Positions 18,783 to 30,179 of a stretch of DNA of 64,000 bases are shown piece by piece (position 1 is the first letter of the stretch; each line of letters opens with the position of its first letter). The notes beneath the pieces are model-generated. The model was not told the origin of the DNA. It worked only from the letters and a program-made list of their open reading frames with translations, and searched no databases. This stretch comes from Methylovulum miyakonense HT12. GTDB taxonomy: Bacteria > Pseudomonadota > Gammaproteobacteria > Methylococcales > Methylomonadaceae. The position numbers and the translations under genes were made by a program. The stretch is taken from the NCBI RefSeq assembly GCF_000384075.1, contig NZ_KB913025.1, positions 2,744,450-2,808,449 on the forward strand, written 5' to 3'.

Positions 18783-20240
18783 TTAGGGCGTCAGGCCTTG
18801 GCCGACGACAATCACTTTTAGGGCATTGGTACCGCCTTTTACGCCAGTCAAGTCACCTTTGGTAATGATGAATTTGTCTTCGTCTTTGGCAATATTCCAT
18901 TTCCGCAACTCTTTCACGATGCTGCGGTTGACTTCGGCATGGTCCTGGGTTTCATCAAGCTTGAAATAGATAGGGAATACGCCACGGAACATCGTGGCTT
19001 TACCTAACGTTTCTTCCACACTGCTGAAGGCGAAAATAGGGATGCCCGAGCTGATCCGCGACATCCATAAGGGTGTCGAACCTGATTCGGTCAATGCCAC
19101 GATACCTTTTATTTTGGTATGGTTGGCCATGTACATGGCCGACATGGCGATGGCTTCATCAACGCGTTCAAATTGGATGTTGATGCGATGGTCTGATACC
19201 CGGACGCTAGGCTGCTTTTCGGCTTCGATACAAATGCGGTGCATGGCTTCCACCGCTTTGACCGGATGTTTACCTGATGCGGTCTCTGCTGAGAGCATAA
19301 TCACGTCAGTGCCATCATAAACGGCGTTGGCGACGTCAAACACTTCCGCACGGGTAGGAATCGGGTTTTCAATCATGGATTCCATCATTTGCGTCGCCGT
19401 AATGGCCACACGGTTCAACTCGCGGGTACGTTTAATCAGTTTTTTCTGGATGGCCGGCAGATTGGCATCGCCAATTTCCACACCCAAATCACCACGCGCC
19501 ACCATCACGGCATCGGATGCCAAGATGATTTCGTCCATGACCGGATCGACAATGGCTTCGGCACGCTCAACTTTCGAAACAATGCCTGCATAGCAACCTT
19601 CCGCTTCCAGCAAACGGCGTGCCTCATTCAAGTCTTCGGCGCAACGGGGGAAAGACACGGCGACATAATCGCATTTGATTTTGCCAATAGTGACGATGTC
19701 TTCCTTGTCTTTTTCAGTCAAGGCCGCTGCCGAAAGGCCGCCGCCCATCAGGTTAATGCCTTTGTTGTTGGACAGGTCACCGCCCACCACAACTGTGCAG
19801 TTGACGCGCATGTTTTCAACATTGACCACGTCCAGCACGATACGGCCATCATCCAATAACAAACGGCTGCCGGGGACGACTTCTAAGGCCAAGGGTTCGT
19901 AAGTGATACCGACTTGGGTGTTGTCGCCCAACAACGGGTCAAAGTTGATGTCGAGGGCAAAATCTTGGCCTTCTTTTAAAAACACTTTGGTGTCCTTAAA
20001 GCGGGCGATACGGATTTTAGGCCCTTGCAAATCAGCCAGGATGCCCACCCGCCGGCCAGTCTTTTTGCTCATTTCCCGGATGGCTTCGGCCCTTGCGATA
20101 TGGTCTTCGGCGGAACCATGGGAAAAGTTCATGCGGACAACATCAACCCCGGCCGCAAACAGACCTTCAAGCACACCAGGCTTATCAGTCGCAGGCCCTA
20201 ATGTGGCTAGAATTTTGGTTCTTCTTAACATTGGTATCAT
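18783..20240 (-). CDS. pyk: Pyruvate kinase.
   Basis: [10 protein letters not shown]...[10 protein letters not shown] and the downstream conserved PK motifs. Overlaps the gap stop by 4 nt (ATGA). Confidence 0.9.
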   Translation of the reverse strand: MIPMLRRTKILATLGPATDKPGVLEGLFAAGVDVVRMNFSHGSAEDHIARAEAIREMSKKTGRRVGILADLQGPKIRIARFKDTKVFLKEGQDFALDINFDPLLGDNTQVGITYEPLALEVVPGSRLLLDDGRIVLDVVNVENMRVNCTVVVGGDLSNNKGINLMGGGLSAAALTEKDKEDIVTIGKIKCDYVAVSFPRCAEDLNEARRLLEAEGCYAGIVSKVERAEAIVDPVMDEIILASDAVMVARGDLGVEIGDANLPAIQKKLIKRTRELNRVAITATQMMESMIENPIPTRAEVFDVANAVYDGTDVIMLSAETASGKHPVKAVEAMHRICIEAEKQPSVRVSDHRINIQFERVDEAIAMSAMYMANHTKIKGIVALTESGSTPLWMSRISSGIPIFAFSSVEETLGKATMFRGVFPIYFKLDETQDHAEVNRSIVKELRKWNIAKDEDKFIITKGDLTGVKGGTNALKVIVVGQGLTP

Positions 20241-21250
20241 TCCGCATTAACTAAAGCGATTGACGTATCTAACATACGGTTTGAGAAGCCCCACTCGTTA
20301 TCGTACCAAGACAATACCTTGACAAATGTGCCATCGACGACTTTAGTCAATGGTTCTTCGTAGATGGAAGAAGCAGGGTTGTGGTTGAAATCAATGGAGA
20401 CTAACGGTTTATGGTTAATGGCTAAGATGCCTTTCAGATAACCTTCGGAAGCGGTTTTTAAAATTTCATCAATTTCCGCTTTGCTGGTGCTTCTTGCTGC
20501 AGTAAATGACAAATCAACCACGGACACGTTGATAGTGGGGACACGCATCGCGAAACCGTCCAATTTACCTTTCAATTCTGGCAATACCAAACCTACTGCG
20601 GCCGCAGCACCCGTTTTAGTCGGGATCATGGATTGCGTGGCGGAACGGGCACGGCGCAAATCGCTGTGGTAAACGTCAGTCAAGACTTGGTCGTTAGTGT
20701 AAGAATGGATAGTGGTCATCAAACCGTGGACAACACCGATGGCATCGTTCAAAGGTTTGACCAAAGGGGCCAAACAGTTGGTGGTGCAAGACGCGTTGGA
20801 AATGACGGTGTCTGTGGCTTTCAGGGTTTTATGGTTGACACCGTAAACGATGGTCGCATCAACGTCATCGCCGCCTGGGGCTGAGATAATGACTTTCTTC
20901 GCGCCCGCCGTGATGTGCGCAGAGGCTTTGGCTTTGCTGGTGAACAGGCCGGTACATTCGTGGACGACATCAATGTCCAGGTCGCCCCAAGGTAATTTGG
21001 AAGGGTCGCGCTCCGAGAAAACTTTGATTTTATCGCCATTGATAACCATGAATTCGCCATCAACACTGACATCAAAAGGAAATTTGCCATGCACAGAATC
21101 ATATTGGGTCAAATGTGCGTTGGTGTTGGCATCGCCTAAGTCATTGATGGCGACGATTTGAATTTCATCAGTACGGCCCGCTTCGTATAAGGCACGGACG
21201 ATATTACGTCCAATACGGCCATAACCATTGATAGCAACTTTAATTGGCAT
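20237..21250 (-). CDS. gap: Glyceraldehyde-3-phosphate dehydrogenase.
   Basis: [15 protein letters not shown]...[10 protein letters not shown]. True start at 21250 with a GGAGAAAATCA RBS. The track's longer ORF (to 21319) is a 5' over-extension. Confidence 0.9.
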   Translation of the reverse strand: MPIKVAINGYGRIGRNIVRALYEAGRTDEIQIVAINDLGDANTNAHLTQYDSVHGKFPFDVSVDGEFMVINGDKIKVFSERDPSKLPWGDLDIDVVHECTGLFTSKAKASAHITAGAKKVIISAPGGDDVDATIVYGVNHKTLKATDTVISNASCTTNCLAPLVKPLNDAIGVVHGLMTTIHSYTNDQVLTDVYHSDLRRARSATQSMIPTKTGAAAAVGLVLPELKGKLDGFAMRVPTINVSVVDLSFTAARSTSKAEIDEILKTASEGYLKGILAINHKPLVSIDFNHNPASSIYEEPLTKVVDGTFVKVLSWYDNEWGFSNRMLDTSIALVNAE

Positions 21251-21419
21251 TGATTTTCTCCAGGGAGTAATGGGACAAAAATTACACGAATGTGTAGAAA
21301 TATTTGGAAAACGCAACAACTATACCAAAATAGTGGGTGCTTAGTCTATTGGTCATCTGGCAAGTTAACCGCTGCCATCTCTTGGTTTGTGCCGCTGGGC
21401 CTTGCCCAAGCCTAAAGGC

Positions 21420-23516
21420 TTATAGCGTCAAGGCATCATCCGCAAGCGGCAGGGTGATGGTGAATGTCGTTCCGCTACCGGGCTTGCTATCGACGACGCA
21501 AGTGCCTGAGTGCTTGATGATATAGTCACGGGCTTCATAAACGCCGATTCCCATGCCGGCATTGCCTTTGGTGGTGTCAAATGGCTTGAACAAGCGCTCG
21601 GCAATGAACTTTTTCTCCATGCCACAACCAGTGTCTAAGATTTTAATCATGGCGTGTTGTTGGTTTTTGCCTAATTCCAGTTTGACAGTGCCATTATCGG
21701 GGGTCGCATCTTGGGCATTTTGCACGAGATGCCCCAGGATCGCGGTTATTTTTTCTTTTTCAGCCATGACAAAAATATCAGTGTCAATGGATTTTATAAA
21801 TTGTAATGCCGGTTTATTACCGGCTTGTTGAATGACCAAATCAGCGGCTATTTCAGCGAGGTTGATCCGGATATTTTGGTCAGGGGTGCCATTGCCTTGT
21901 TTGAGTTGGACGATCAAATGGTCCATTTTATTGACGACATTTTTCAGCGTAGTGATGGCGTCATCAATAAATTCAGGGTTGCTTTTGTGTTTTTCGGCGT
22001 TTTTGACAATAAGGGCGATTTGCGCAATCAGATTTTTCAAATCATGGACTAAATACGCGGATATACGGTTATACGCCTCGAACTGCCTTGATTGCGACAG
22101 CGCGTCACTGGCCCGTTTCAAGGCCAGGGCATTGGCGAGTTGTTTGCCGACGGTTTTTAGCAAGTCATGGTCTTCCCAATTAAGCGCCCGTGGCGCCCTC
22201 GCTTGGGTCAACACCACAAAAGCTTCCAGGTCATTTTGCAAAAACAAGGGGATGATCAGCCAGACTTTTTTCTCTGCCGGGGACCAGTACGATAAATCTA
22301 TATGATTGTAGAAACCGGGATCCTTTAAGAACTGGTACAAGTCTATCACCCATTGTTTATCTGTCATGAACTGCACCATTTCGTGGTTGGCGGCGATGTC
22401 CTCAGAGGCTTCAAAGCCTAAGTTCCTGGCTTCGGCAAGATAATAATTCCCCTGGTCATCTTTTAGCCATAAGCCCCCGCCTGAGCTGTCGATCAAATCC
22501 GCCATGGTTTTAATGATGGCTTCTGACAGATCACTTAAAGAATTCAGTTTCGCGACTGTTTTGCTGAGTTTTAGCCACTCCTCACGGTAATCGTAACGGT
22601 AGCTGAAGATATGCTTGTTAAAAATGACTTTTGCCTGGGCCCTGATTTTTCCGGAGGCAAAGAGCACCAGCAAAATGACGATCGCCAGAAAAATGAATAA
22701 AATTTCGGCCACTTCCCCCCAACTGCCACCAAAGTCACGGATATAAAATCCCGCCAACGACATCAATATCAGATACAAACCCGTCCCCATCAAGACGGTG
22801 CTGTGGAAAACCACCGTCCTCGATAGAGCGATGCCGGACATGTTAGTGGTTTGCAGGCGATACATCGACACGGCCAGCAATGGCGTGACCAATGCGTTAA
22901 TGATGCCTCTTGAGCCCCACAGCGGATAATCGAGTTTGGTGAACAGGAGGGATTTGCTATAGACGATAAAATCGATGGTGAATAATGACCCTAAACCGAT
23001 ACAAAGGAATTTGATCACCCAGCGCAGTTCTGGGGCCGCACTTCTATACAGGTCTTCAATCAGGGCCAGGCCGATGATGGAAAACACCAAGTGGGAAAGC
23101 AGGCGCACATGAACTTTTTCGCCAATAATGTGAAGGACGTGACCGCGTAAATCGTCTGATATTTCAAAGCTGAACAGGAACAGCATGAATACGCCCAGAA
23201 CATAAGCGAAGCTGGATTGGTAGAGGAGCTTATAGCTATGGTTGTAGCGTTGCCGTGAAATAAGGGTGCCTAATACGAAAAACCAGGCGGCATCCCGTAA
23301 AGTTTCATAGCCTAAGCTGTCGGGAATTGATAGGTCATCGGAAAACCAGCGGTATTGGATGGTGCAAATATAAGCCGCCCACAGCAAAGAGAATGCGACA
23401 GCAATAAAAAAAGGGAAGGTGATGGTGTTTTTTTTAATGCCAATCGCCGCCAGCAGCAATAGCAGGAAATAAGCTATTGCCGCGATCAAGTAACTATAAA
23501 AAACAAACCCTTCCAT
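21420..23516 (-). CDS. Sensor histidine kinase with large N-terminal polytopic domain, GAF domain, HisKA and HATPase. PrsK-like (PEP-CTERM/exosortase system kinase) architecture.
   Basis: ~10 predicted TM helices in the first 300 aa, then HDLKNLIAQ H-box and a G-box GMGIGVYEARDY. Assignment to PrsK is from memory of the TIGR02916 architecture. Confidence 0.5.
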   Translation of the reverse strand: MEGFVFYSYLIAAIAYFLLLLLAAIGIKKNTITFPFFIAVAFSLLWAAYICTIQYRWFSDDLSIPDSLGYETLRDAAWFFVLGTLISRQRYNHSYKLLYQSSFAYVLGVFMLFLFSFEISDDLRGHVLHIIGEKVHVRLLSHLVFSIIGLALIEDLYRSAAPELRWVIKFLCIGLGSLFTIDFIVYSKSLLFTKLDYPLWGSRGIINALVTPLLAVSMYRLQTTNMSGIALSRTVVFHSTVLMGTGLYLILMSLAGFYIRDFGGSWGEVAEILFIFLAIVILLVLFASGKIRAQAKVIFNKHIFSYRYDYREEWLKLSKTVAKLNSLSDLSEAIIKTMADLIDSSGGGLWLKDDQGNYYLAEARNLGFEASEDIAANHEMVQFMTDKQWVIDLYQFLKDPGFYNHIDLSYWSPAEKKVWLIIPLFLQNDLEAFVVLTQARAPRALNWEDHDLLKTVGKQLANALALKRASDALSQSRQFEAYNRISAYLVHDLKNLIAQIALIVKNAEKHKSNPEFIDDAITTLKNVVNKMDHLIVQLKQGNGTPDQNIRINLAEIAADLVIQQAGNKPALQFIKSIDTDIFVMAEKEKITAILGHLVQNAQDATPDNGTVKLELGKNQQHAMIKILDTGCGMEKKFIAERLFKPFDTTKGNAGMGIGVYEARDYIIKHSGTCVVDSKPGSGTTFTITLPLADDALTL

Positions 23517-23559
23517 CTATGTGCCGCCCATGCTGGCTAAATTGAATGATGTGCTTGCC

Positions 23560-24924
23560 TTATCCATTAATGCGCCTGGGGTCAAATGCCTGCTGCACGG
23601 TGTCGGCCAATAAATTGGCCGCAAGCACCAGGGCTAGCATAAAAATAAAGGCGGCCGAGAGCGACCACCACACCATCGGTTCACGCGCCATTTCCAACCG
23701 TGCGCCATTGATCATGTTGCCCCAGCTATAAGTCGTCGGGTCCACGCCGATATTGATGTATGACAATACGGCTTCCGCCAGCACCAGCGAACTGAAGTCC
23801 AGCACTACAGAAATAAGGACGATGTGCATGACGTTGGGCAGGATGTGGCGGATTAGAATAGTGGCGGGTTTTACGCCTAGCGCATAAGCGGCCTGTACGT
23901 ATTCCATCTCCCGCAGTTTTAAGGTTTCTGCACGCAAGAGGCGGCATAATCCCGTCCAACTGGTGACGCCTAAAATCATGCATAAAAATAACAGCCGCAT
24001 ATCGGCACGGACGACGATGCTGGTAAACGCTTCTTCATGGTTGGCCATATAGACCTGCACCATCAAAATGGAAGCGGCGATCAACAGGACACTGGGGATG
24101 GAGTTGAGGGTGGTGTAGGCATATTGGATCAGGTCATCAATCCAACCGCGGAAAAATCCGGCGAGAATGCCAAAGATGATCGCCAGGGGTAGCATGATTA
24201 GCGTTGTCAATGTGCCGATGATTAGCCCCGTCCGTATACTTTTTATGGCCTGATAAAGCACGTCTTCACCCACTTTATCGGTGCCCAGCACATGGTAGTA
24301 TTGCGACACATAGCATAGGGCATAAGCGGTGCAAAATAGCGCCAATACCGTCAACGATACCGCTTGGGCCGCGCCATGGGCGGGTAGGTTTTTTCCCCCC
24401 AGTTTCAGTCCACCCCAAAACAGCAGCGCAATTAAACCTGACCAGCCTAAGCCCTGGGCCAAGCCAGTGATGGTTTTTTGTACGGCATCGGCGGTATGTT
24501 GCTTGGGGTCATCCACATGCCGCCCGCCGAACACCAAACGCGGGTATCCCCAAGACACCGCCCCGTCCGCTGTGGCCATCATTTCCTTGCTATAAAGTGT
24601 TAGTGCGAAAGGCGCCGAGTAGGTTTTTTCACCGTGTTCCCGTAGCGGGGTGGCCCAAATATCCAAGAGGCTGATGATTTCATGGCTAGCCTCCGCACCC
24701 TGTATCCCTTTGCCGGAAGCCTGATAGTGGATGGAATCCAGCAGGCCAATGCCAACAAAAAACAGCAGCACGGTCAGTGACACCATACCTGTTTTATTTT
24801 GCCCTATCTGTTGCAGGGGGCGGCGGATGTGTTCCTTGCCGTGCAAGTAAACGGCACAGGCCAGCACCATGAAACATAGCAAAAAGACCAGGGCATCAGT
24901 CCATAAAATAATCATCAAGACCAC
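23560..24924 (-). CDS. ABC transporter permease (peptide/opine Dpp-YejE-type inner membrane component). No cognate ATPase or SBP adjacent.
   Basis: BPD_transp_1-type signature region ...LYQAIKSIRTGLIIGTLTTLIMLPLAIIFGILAGFF...SIPSVLL. 43-bp gap to the kinase gene downstream. Confidence 0.6.
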   Translation of the reverse strand: MVLMIILWTDALVFLLCFMVLACAVYLHGKEHIRRPLQQIGQNKTGMVSLTVLLFFVGIGLLDSIHYQASGKGIQGAEASHEIISLLDIWATPLREHGEKTYSAPFALTLYSKEMMATADGAVSWGYPRLVFGGRHVDDPKQHTADAVQKTITGLAQGLGWSGLIALLFWGGLKLGGKNLPAHGAAQAVSLTVLALFCTAYALCYVSQYYHVLGTDKVGEDVLYQAIKSIRTGLIIGTLTTLIMLPLAIIFGILAGFFRGWIDDLIQYAYTTLNSIPSVLLIAASILMVQVYMANHEEAFTSIVVRADMRLLFLCMILGVTSWTGLCRLLRAETLKLREMEYVQAAYALGVKPATILIRHILPNVMHIVLISVVLDFSSLVLAEAVLSYINIGVDPTTYSWGNMINGARLEMAREPMVWWSLSAAFIFMLALVLAANLLADTVQQAFDPRRING

Positions 24925-25101
24925 CTTGTGTTTGGCATACGTAGATTACAGGCCAAGTTGGTTTGGGCAGTGGGAAGTGCCGCCTGGGTGGCGCCCCTTT
25001 CGGCCCATCACAACCGGATAGGAATAAGTTACCACAAGACCGGATGGGAAGGCCAAAACCTAGTGGATATAAAATCCGTGTTTTTATTGCCGCCTATAGG
25101 C

Positions 25102-25860
25102 TTATTTTTCTTTATAACCGTCATTGATCTGGCAACCATCAAGCGTGCAAATCGGCGGGTTTTTACAATTGATGCCCGCCTCGTTAAGGGCTTTTTGCAT
25201 GGTTTCGATTTGCTTGTCGAGATCGTTGATGTGGTCAAGCATACGGTTGATCGCCAATGCCACCGGATCGGGCATATCGGCGCTTGCCCCGTAGGCATTG
25301 AAATTGACCGGGCGGCCCGTTTCAACAGGTTCAGGCTTGCTCGCTTTTTGTCCACCAATGATATGCGCCGGGATCCCGACCACGGTCGTCCCCGCAGGGA
25401 CTGGTTTTAGCACCACCGAATTGGAACCTACGCGCGCACCGTCGCCAATGTCGATGGGGCCCAGGACTTTTGCGCCTGCGCCTATGACCACGCCATTATG
25501 CAGGGTAGGGTGGCGTTTGCCTTTTTTCCAAGTGGTCCCGCCCAAGGTCACGCCATGGTAGAGCGTGCAATCATCACCAATCACGGCCGTTTCGCCTATC
25601 ACCACCCCCATGCCGTGGTCGATGAAAAAGCGGCGGCCAATTTCCGCGCCCGGATGGATTTCAATGCCCGTCCACCAACGGCTGACATAGGCGATAAAGC
25701 GTGCCAGCCATCTGAATCCGGCTTTCCAGCACCAATGGCTGAGACGGTGGATAATCACGGCATGGACGCCAGGATAGGTGGTGATGACCTCAAACCAAGT
25801 TTGTGCGGCAGGGTCACGGGCAAACACGCACGCAACATCTTCTTTTAATCGGGTGAACAT
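25102..25860 (-). CDS. cysE: Serine O-acetyltransferase.
   Basis: MFTRLKEDV... N-terminus and hexapeptide-repeat C-terminal half ([28 protein letters not shown]). Start at 25860 with an AAGGA RBS. The track's 300-aa ORF is over-extended. Confidence 0.85.
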   Translation of the reverse strand: MFTRLKEDVACVFARDPAAQTWFEVITTYPGVHAVIIHRLSHWCWKAGFRWLARFIAYVSRWWTGIEIHPGAEIGRRFFIDHGMGVVIGETAVIGDDCTLYHGVTLGGTTWKKGKRHPTLHNGVVIGAGAKVLGPIDIGDGARVGSNSVVLKPVPAGTTVVGIPAHIIGGQKASKPEPVETGRPVNFNAYGASADMPDPVALAINRMLDHINDLDKQIETMQKALNEAGINCKNPPICTLDGCQINDGYKEK

Positions 25861-25861
25861 A

Positions 25862-26590
25862 TTAGTCCTTATGTTGATGGTCTTGGGACATACGTAAAAT
25901 GCCCCGGAGTATGTCCAATTCTTTAGTGTCCAGTTGGATACGGTTATAAATGCGGCGCAAGCGGCGCATAATCGAGCGGGACCTGTCGCCGCGCATAAAG
26001 CCAATGTCTATCAAGGCTTCATGTAAATGCTGATAAAACGACTCCATTTGCATGGCGGTCGCTAAAGGGGAATCACCTTGGTCGCCAATACGGGTGTTGT
26101 CGGCCATATCCGCCGCAACAAACAACTCATAACAAACCACCTGCACCGCTGCGGCAATATTTAGGGAGCTGTAATGCTCGTTGCAAGGGATGTGCAGCAA
26201 ATAATGGCATAAATCCAGTTCATGGTTTTTCAGTCCGGAGTTTTCACGCCCGAAAATAATGGCGATTTGTTGGTGTGGATTTTCGATGACGGTTTTTTCC
26301 GCACATTGCCTGGGGTTGAGTTCCGGCCAACTGATCGTCCTGCGTCTGGCGCTGGTGCCGATGACCAACTGGCAATCGGCAATCGCTTCTTGCACCGTCG
26401 GATAGACCGTGGCGGCGGCGAGGATGTCATCCGCCCCTGAAGCGCGGGCGGTCGCCTCGTTACTAGGGAATATTTTGGGGGCGACCAGAGCCAAGCGGGT
26501 CATGTCCATGTTTTTCATGGCCCTTGCCACCCCACCGATATTACCCGGATGGGTGGTTTCGACCAGGACAATTTTAATATGCGAAAGCAA
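25862..26590 (-). CDS. trmJ: tRNA (cytidine/uridine-2'-O)-methyltransferase TrmJ (SpoU family).
   Basis: [24 protein letters not shown] aligns with E. coli TrmJ [24 protein letters not shown]. Probable TTG start near 26590 (the track ORF is extended). Divergent from suhB, as in E. coli. Confidence 0.75.
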   Translation of the reverse strand: MLSHIKIVLVETTHPGNIGGVARAMKNMDMTRLALVAPKIFPSNEATARASGADDILAAATVYPTVQEAIADCQLVIGTSARRRTISWPELNPRQCAEKTVIENPHQQIAIIFGRENSGLKNHELDLCHYLLHIPCNEHYSSLNIAAAVQVVCYELFVAADMADNTRIGDQGDSPLATAMQMESFYQHLHEALIDIGFMRGDRSRSIMRRLRRIYNRIQLDTKELDILRGILRMSQDHQHKD

Positions 26591-26770
26591 CGTTAATCCT
26601 GCGTTGATAGGCTGGCAACGATAAAAGGCCAATCCAGAGTCCCAAAATTGCCAAGCATTTTCAAGATTGGAAAAAGGAGGCGCTTTAAAATAGCAAGCCG
26701 AAAAAAGCCTTAAGTTTACCAAAAGATTTGCTACCATACCCTGTTTTATCTGCCCATTAGAAACTGACCT

Positions 26771-27565
26771 ATGCAACCTATGTTAAACATCGCCGTCCGG
26801 GCGGCAAGAAGCGCGGGCGACTTGATTCTTCGTTCATCCGATAATATCGGCCAACTCCGCATTGATCAAAAAGGTAAAAACGATTACGCCAGTGAAGTTG
26901 ACCGCATGGCGGAGCGGGAAATCATCAATATCATCAGGGCAGCCTATCCAGGCCATGCGATTTTGGCCGAAGAAAGCGGCGAGCATCAGGGTAATGATTT
27001 TGTCTGGGTTATTGACCCGCTAGATGGCACGACCAACTTTTTGCACGGTTTCCCGCAATATGCCGTTTCCATCGCCTTGAAACACAAAGGCCGGTTAGAG
27101 GTTGGCGTAATTTATGACCCTCTGCGCGATGAGCTGTTCACCGCCAAACGGGGCGGCGGGGCGACATTGAATAACCGCCGTTTACGGGTCACCCAGCCAT
27201 TAGGCCTGAAAGGCGCGTTGCTTGGCACGGGTTTCCCGTTTAAGACCGACCAACACCTTAAAGCGTATTTGAACATGTTCAGCTCACTGACCATGGAATG
27301 TGCCGGGATACGCCGCGCAGGTTCCGCCGCTTTGGATTTGGCTTATGTGGCGGCCGGCCGCTTGGATGGCTTCTGGGAAATCGGCGTGATGGAATGGGAT
27401 ATTGCGGCGGGCGTTTTGTTGATTAAGGAAGCAGGCGGGGTGGTGACTGATTTTTCATTTAATGACAATTACTTGCAGTCTGGTAATTTAATTGCGGGTA
27501 GCCCCAAAATGCATCAGTTGATGTACCAGCTAATTGAGCCGCATGTGACGGAGAGCTTGAAGTAA
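26771..27565 (+). CDS. suhB: Inositol monophosphatase family protein SuhB.
   Basis: MLNIAVRAARSAG...AEESGE...VIDPLDGTTNF motifs. Confidence 0.85.
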   Translation: MQPMLNIAVRAARSAGDLILRSSDNIGQLRIDQKGKNDYASEVDRMAEREIINIIRAAYPGHAILAEESGEHQGNDFVWVIDPLDGTTNFLHGFPQYAVSIALKHKGRLEVGVIYDPLRDELFTAKRGGGATLNNRRLRVTQPLGLKGALLGTGFPFKTDQHLKAYLNMFSSLTMECAGIRRAGSAALDLAYVAAGRLDGFWEIGVMEWDIAAGVLLIKEAGGVVTDFSFNDNYLQSGNLIAGSPKMHQLMYQLIEPHVTESLK

Positions 27566-27930
27566 GTTTCGCTTCAATAGTTCAAAAAAATAGAAAATAA
27601 AATGTGATATAATTCACAAAAAATAAAATAACCCGCTCTAAGCAGCGTAGCAAATATATTGCGGCCTGTTTTTTTGTAGATGAGGCTATTTCGGATAAGC
27701 CCTTACGATATATAAAGTTTCCCATCCCAACCGGGGCATAGACAAGCCAGATACCTATGGCTTTATGTTAAGGGCAGAAGAATACAGAGGTTTTAATTAA
27801 TCTATACTACAACCAGTTTATAAAATAAGCCGTCATTGGGGGTAAAATTGCCCACCAAATTTATAATTTTTATCCGCTTAAGAAGGCAAACAAATTATCC
27901 TGGGATCATTGAATATATTAGGCAGGGCAA

Positions 27931-29049
27931 ATGATAGTTAGTCATTTAACAATCAGGTTAGTTGATTTTAGCGAATCTGAAACGGAGTATTTTTCTGCCA
28001 TCCTGTCCTTAGCCGAAGCGCGTCTGCAACAGACGTGGTCTATTGTCACGACTGAAAATGCGGATTTTTTTGTTTTAACTGAAAAACACCTAAAAGAATC
28101 CCTTCTTCCTGGTATTCCGGTGACGCGTTGTTTCTTTTATGACAGTGGCAGCACTGCCGACAACAACCATATCCTGGTTGACCATACAAAAATTCCGCGT
28201 TTACGTTCTTTAGTCGAGGTGCTTAACAAAGCCGTGGGCAGCCAGCCACCCGAAACCGCCGAAACCGCCGAAACCGCCGAAACCGCCGAAACCGCCGAAA
28301 CCGCCGAAACCGCCGAAACCGCCGAAACCGCCGAAGTTGGGCACATTGATAAAGTTCCCGAAGACGTAAATGAAATTTCTGACGTCCCCCCATCCCAGCA
28401 AGCTGCCTATATCCGGATAGAAGCGTCCCCTCCCGCAACTTCGGAAGAGGAAGCTATCGGCCCCGCTGTTTTTTCTCCGGAGCATGGGCTTTTAAAAGCG
28501 GTCCTGGACTGCAAATCCGTCCCTGTATTGATCCGGGTTAATGATGTGGGTGTGTACCTTGACCCTGTTAAGGGATCCTATTATTGCCCTTTAACGTTGG
28601 AGCAGCTTATACCTTGTTTTGACCGTGACCCAATACGCATTAAACCGATTACCCAGCCTGAACTACGGCAGGTTGTCAGCAACACGAAGTTGTCCCCTAA
28701 GCCACTGAGCAATCTGATTTGGTATGCCGCTTTTAAGGCATCCCAAGGCCGATTGCTGCTAGGCACAAGTCCTGAAGATGTTGTGCATTTGATACGTTGG
28801 CCTGATTTGGGTCTGCCCGGATGCGGCAATTACGTCAAACTGGCCGCTTTCATGCACAGCAACACCATAAAGTTGTCGGACATCCCTTCGGCAACCCAAT
28901 ATCCTGTCGAAGCTGTTTATGATTTTTATAATGCGTGCCACTTGGTTGGGCTGATCGAAAAAGCGGCGGCGATTGAACTCCACGAAAAACAGATAGATTT
29001 GGAACATCAGAACTTGCTGAGAAAAATCAGAAACCGTCTAAAATTCTGA
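27931..29049 (+). CDS. Hypothetical protein with internal (ETA)9 perfect tandem repeat. First gene of the GTPase/Roadblock/phosphatase cluster.
   Basis: No recognisable domain. Lower-GC, AT-rich 365-bp upstream region. Confidence 0.5.
   Translation: MIVSHLTIRLVDFSESETEYFSAILSLAEARLQQTWSIVTTENADFFVLTEKHLKESLLPGIPVTRCFFYDSGSTADNNHILVDHTKIPRLRSLVEVLNKAVGSQPPETAETAETAETAETAETAETAETAETAEVGHIDKVPEDVNEISDVPPSQQAAYIRIEASPPATSEEEAIGPAVFSPEHGLLKAVLDCKSVPVLIRVNDVGVYLDPVKGSYYCPLTLEQLIPCFDRDPIRIKPITQPELRQVVSNTKLSPKPLSNLIWYAAFKASQGRLLLGTSPEDVVHLIRWPDLGLPGCGNYVKLAAFMHSNTIKLSDIPSATQYPVEAVYDFYNACHLVGLIEKAAAIELHEKQIDLEHQNLLRKIRNRLKF
28252..28332 (+). repeat. Perfect 9-bp tandem repeat (gaaaccgcc) x9, in-frame, encoding ETAETAETA...
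   Basis: Counted directly: nine identical units. Confidence 0.95.
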
Positions 29050-29065
29050 AATAGGGGCTGACGTA

Positions 29066-29605
29066 ATGACTGGATTTATCCAAACCAAAATAGTGTTTAC
29101 GGGTTGTGTCGGTGCGGGAAAAACCACGGCGATCACCACCATCAGCGAAAAAACGCCCGTCTCCACTGAAGTAAAGCCATCCGAAGCCAGCGTCATCAAA
29201 CGTAAAGCCACAACGACAGTGGCGATGGATTATGGCGAGCTAACCTTAGAAGGTGGTGGGGTGCTTTATCTTTATGGGACGCCCGGGCAACGCCGCTTTG
29301 ATTTTATGACCGATATTTTGACCAAAGGCGCGTTGGGCCTGATTGTCCTCATTGACAATACCCATGAAAACCCGTTGGATGAAATGGATTATTACTTAAA
29401 TTTAAACTACCGTTTTTTGCTTAAAAGTCCGGCGGTCATTGGCATTACCCATTATGACGAAACCATGCAACCTAGCGTTGATGATTATTACTCGGCCTTG
29501 GCTGAGCGGGGTGACCCTTGGCCAGTGATCCATGTCGATGCGCGTAGTTTGGAGGATGTAAGGCTGTTACTGAATACTTTGCTGGCTATACTTGAGTATG
29601 GCTAG
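29066..29605 (+). CDS. Small Ras-like GTPase (MglA-like / COG2229 family).
   Basis: P-loop GCVGAGKTT, switch/G3 YGTPGQ, 179 aa. Confidence 0.7.
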   Translation: MTGFIQTKIVFTGCVGAGKTTAITTISEKTPVSTEVKPSEASVIKRKATTTVAMDYGELTLEGGGVLYLYGTPGQRRFDFMTDILTKGALGLIVLIDNTHENPLDEMDYYLNLNYRFLLKSPAVIGITHYDETMQPSVDDYYSALAERGDPWPVIHVDARSLEDVRLLLNTLLAILEYG

Positions 29606-29674
29606 TAGTATTTCCCATATCATTAATTTTTAATGATAATTTATGTTGTATTTTATTTTTAGGAGACGTTAGTC

Positions 29675-30082
29675 ATGGCGAAATTAGATGATATTTTACA
29701 AAGTGTTTTATCTGACGTGGAGGGTGCGCTGGGTTGTGCCGTGGTTGATTTGGAAACCGGACTACTGATTGCGGTCGCGCACAATGTGCCTTATTTCACC
29801 TCTTCTTACCTGGATGCGGTTGCGGCTGCGGCGGTGGATATGTTGCGCGGCAAAAACGTGCGGGCGGTCGAATCGCTGTTGACTACCCAGCGCGGCAAAA
29901 AAGTGGAGAAAATGATCAAGGAAGTGCAAATGACCACCGAACAGACCTTGCATTTCATGGCGACTATCCCTGAGAAGCCTGATGCTTTGGTGGTATTGAT
30001 CACCAACAGGAAAACCAACTTAGGCATGGGCTGGGCTGCGGTACGCAGAAACATGCCGTTGATTGCTCCGCTATGCCCTTAA
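29675..30082 (+). CDS. Roadblock/LC7 domain protein (MglB-like).
   Basis: 135 aa. MAKLDDILQSVLSDVEGALGCAVVDLETGLLIAV is the typical Roadblock/LC7 N-terminal pattern. Confidence 0.65.
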   Translation: MAKLDDILQSVLSDVEGALGCAVVDLETGLLIAVAHNVPYFTSSYLDAVAAAAVDMLRGKNVRAVESLLTTQRGKKVEKMIKEVQMTTEQTLHFMATIPEKPDALVVLITNRKTNLGMGWAAVRRNMPLIAPLCP

Positions 30083-30179
30083 TCCAGTAGCGTTGAGCCG
30101 TGCGGGGTACGGGGTGTGGAAATGTCTGCCCGTATCCGGCACGGCTTATGCCACCGGCTAAATGACAACTTTGTAAACT

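Noticed and set aside
20237-21319. 360-aa track ORF for gap
   Set aside because: The first 23 aa precede the canonical [15 protein letters not shown] start, which has a good RBS.
25862-26776. 304-aa track ORF for the methyltransferase
   Set aside because: The N-terminal ~60 aa have no counterpart in TrmJ. Alignment to TrmJ begins at [11 protein letters not shown], so the gene likely starts at a TTG near 26590.
28252-28332. 9-bp tandem array as CRISPR or intergenic VNTR
   Set aside because: There are no spacers. It lies in-frame inside a CDS, encoding (ETA)9.
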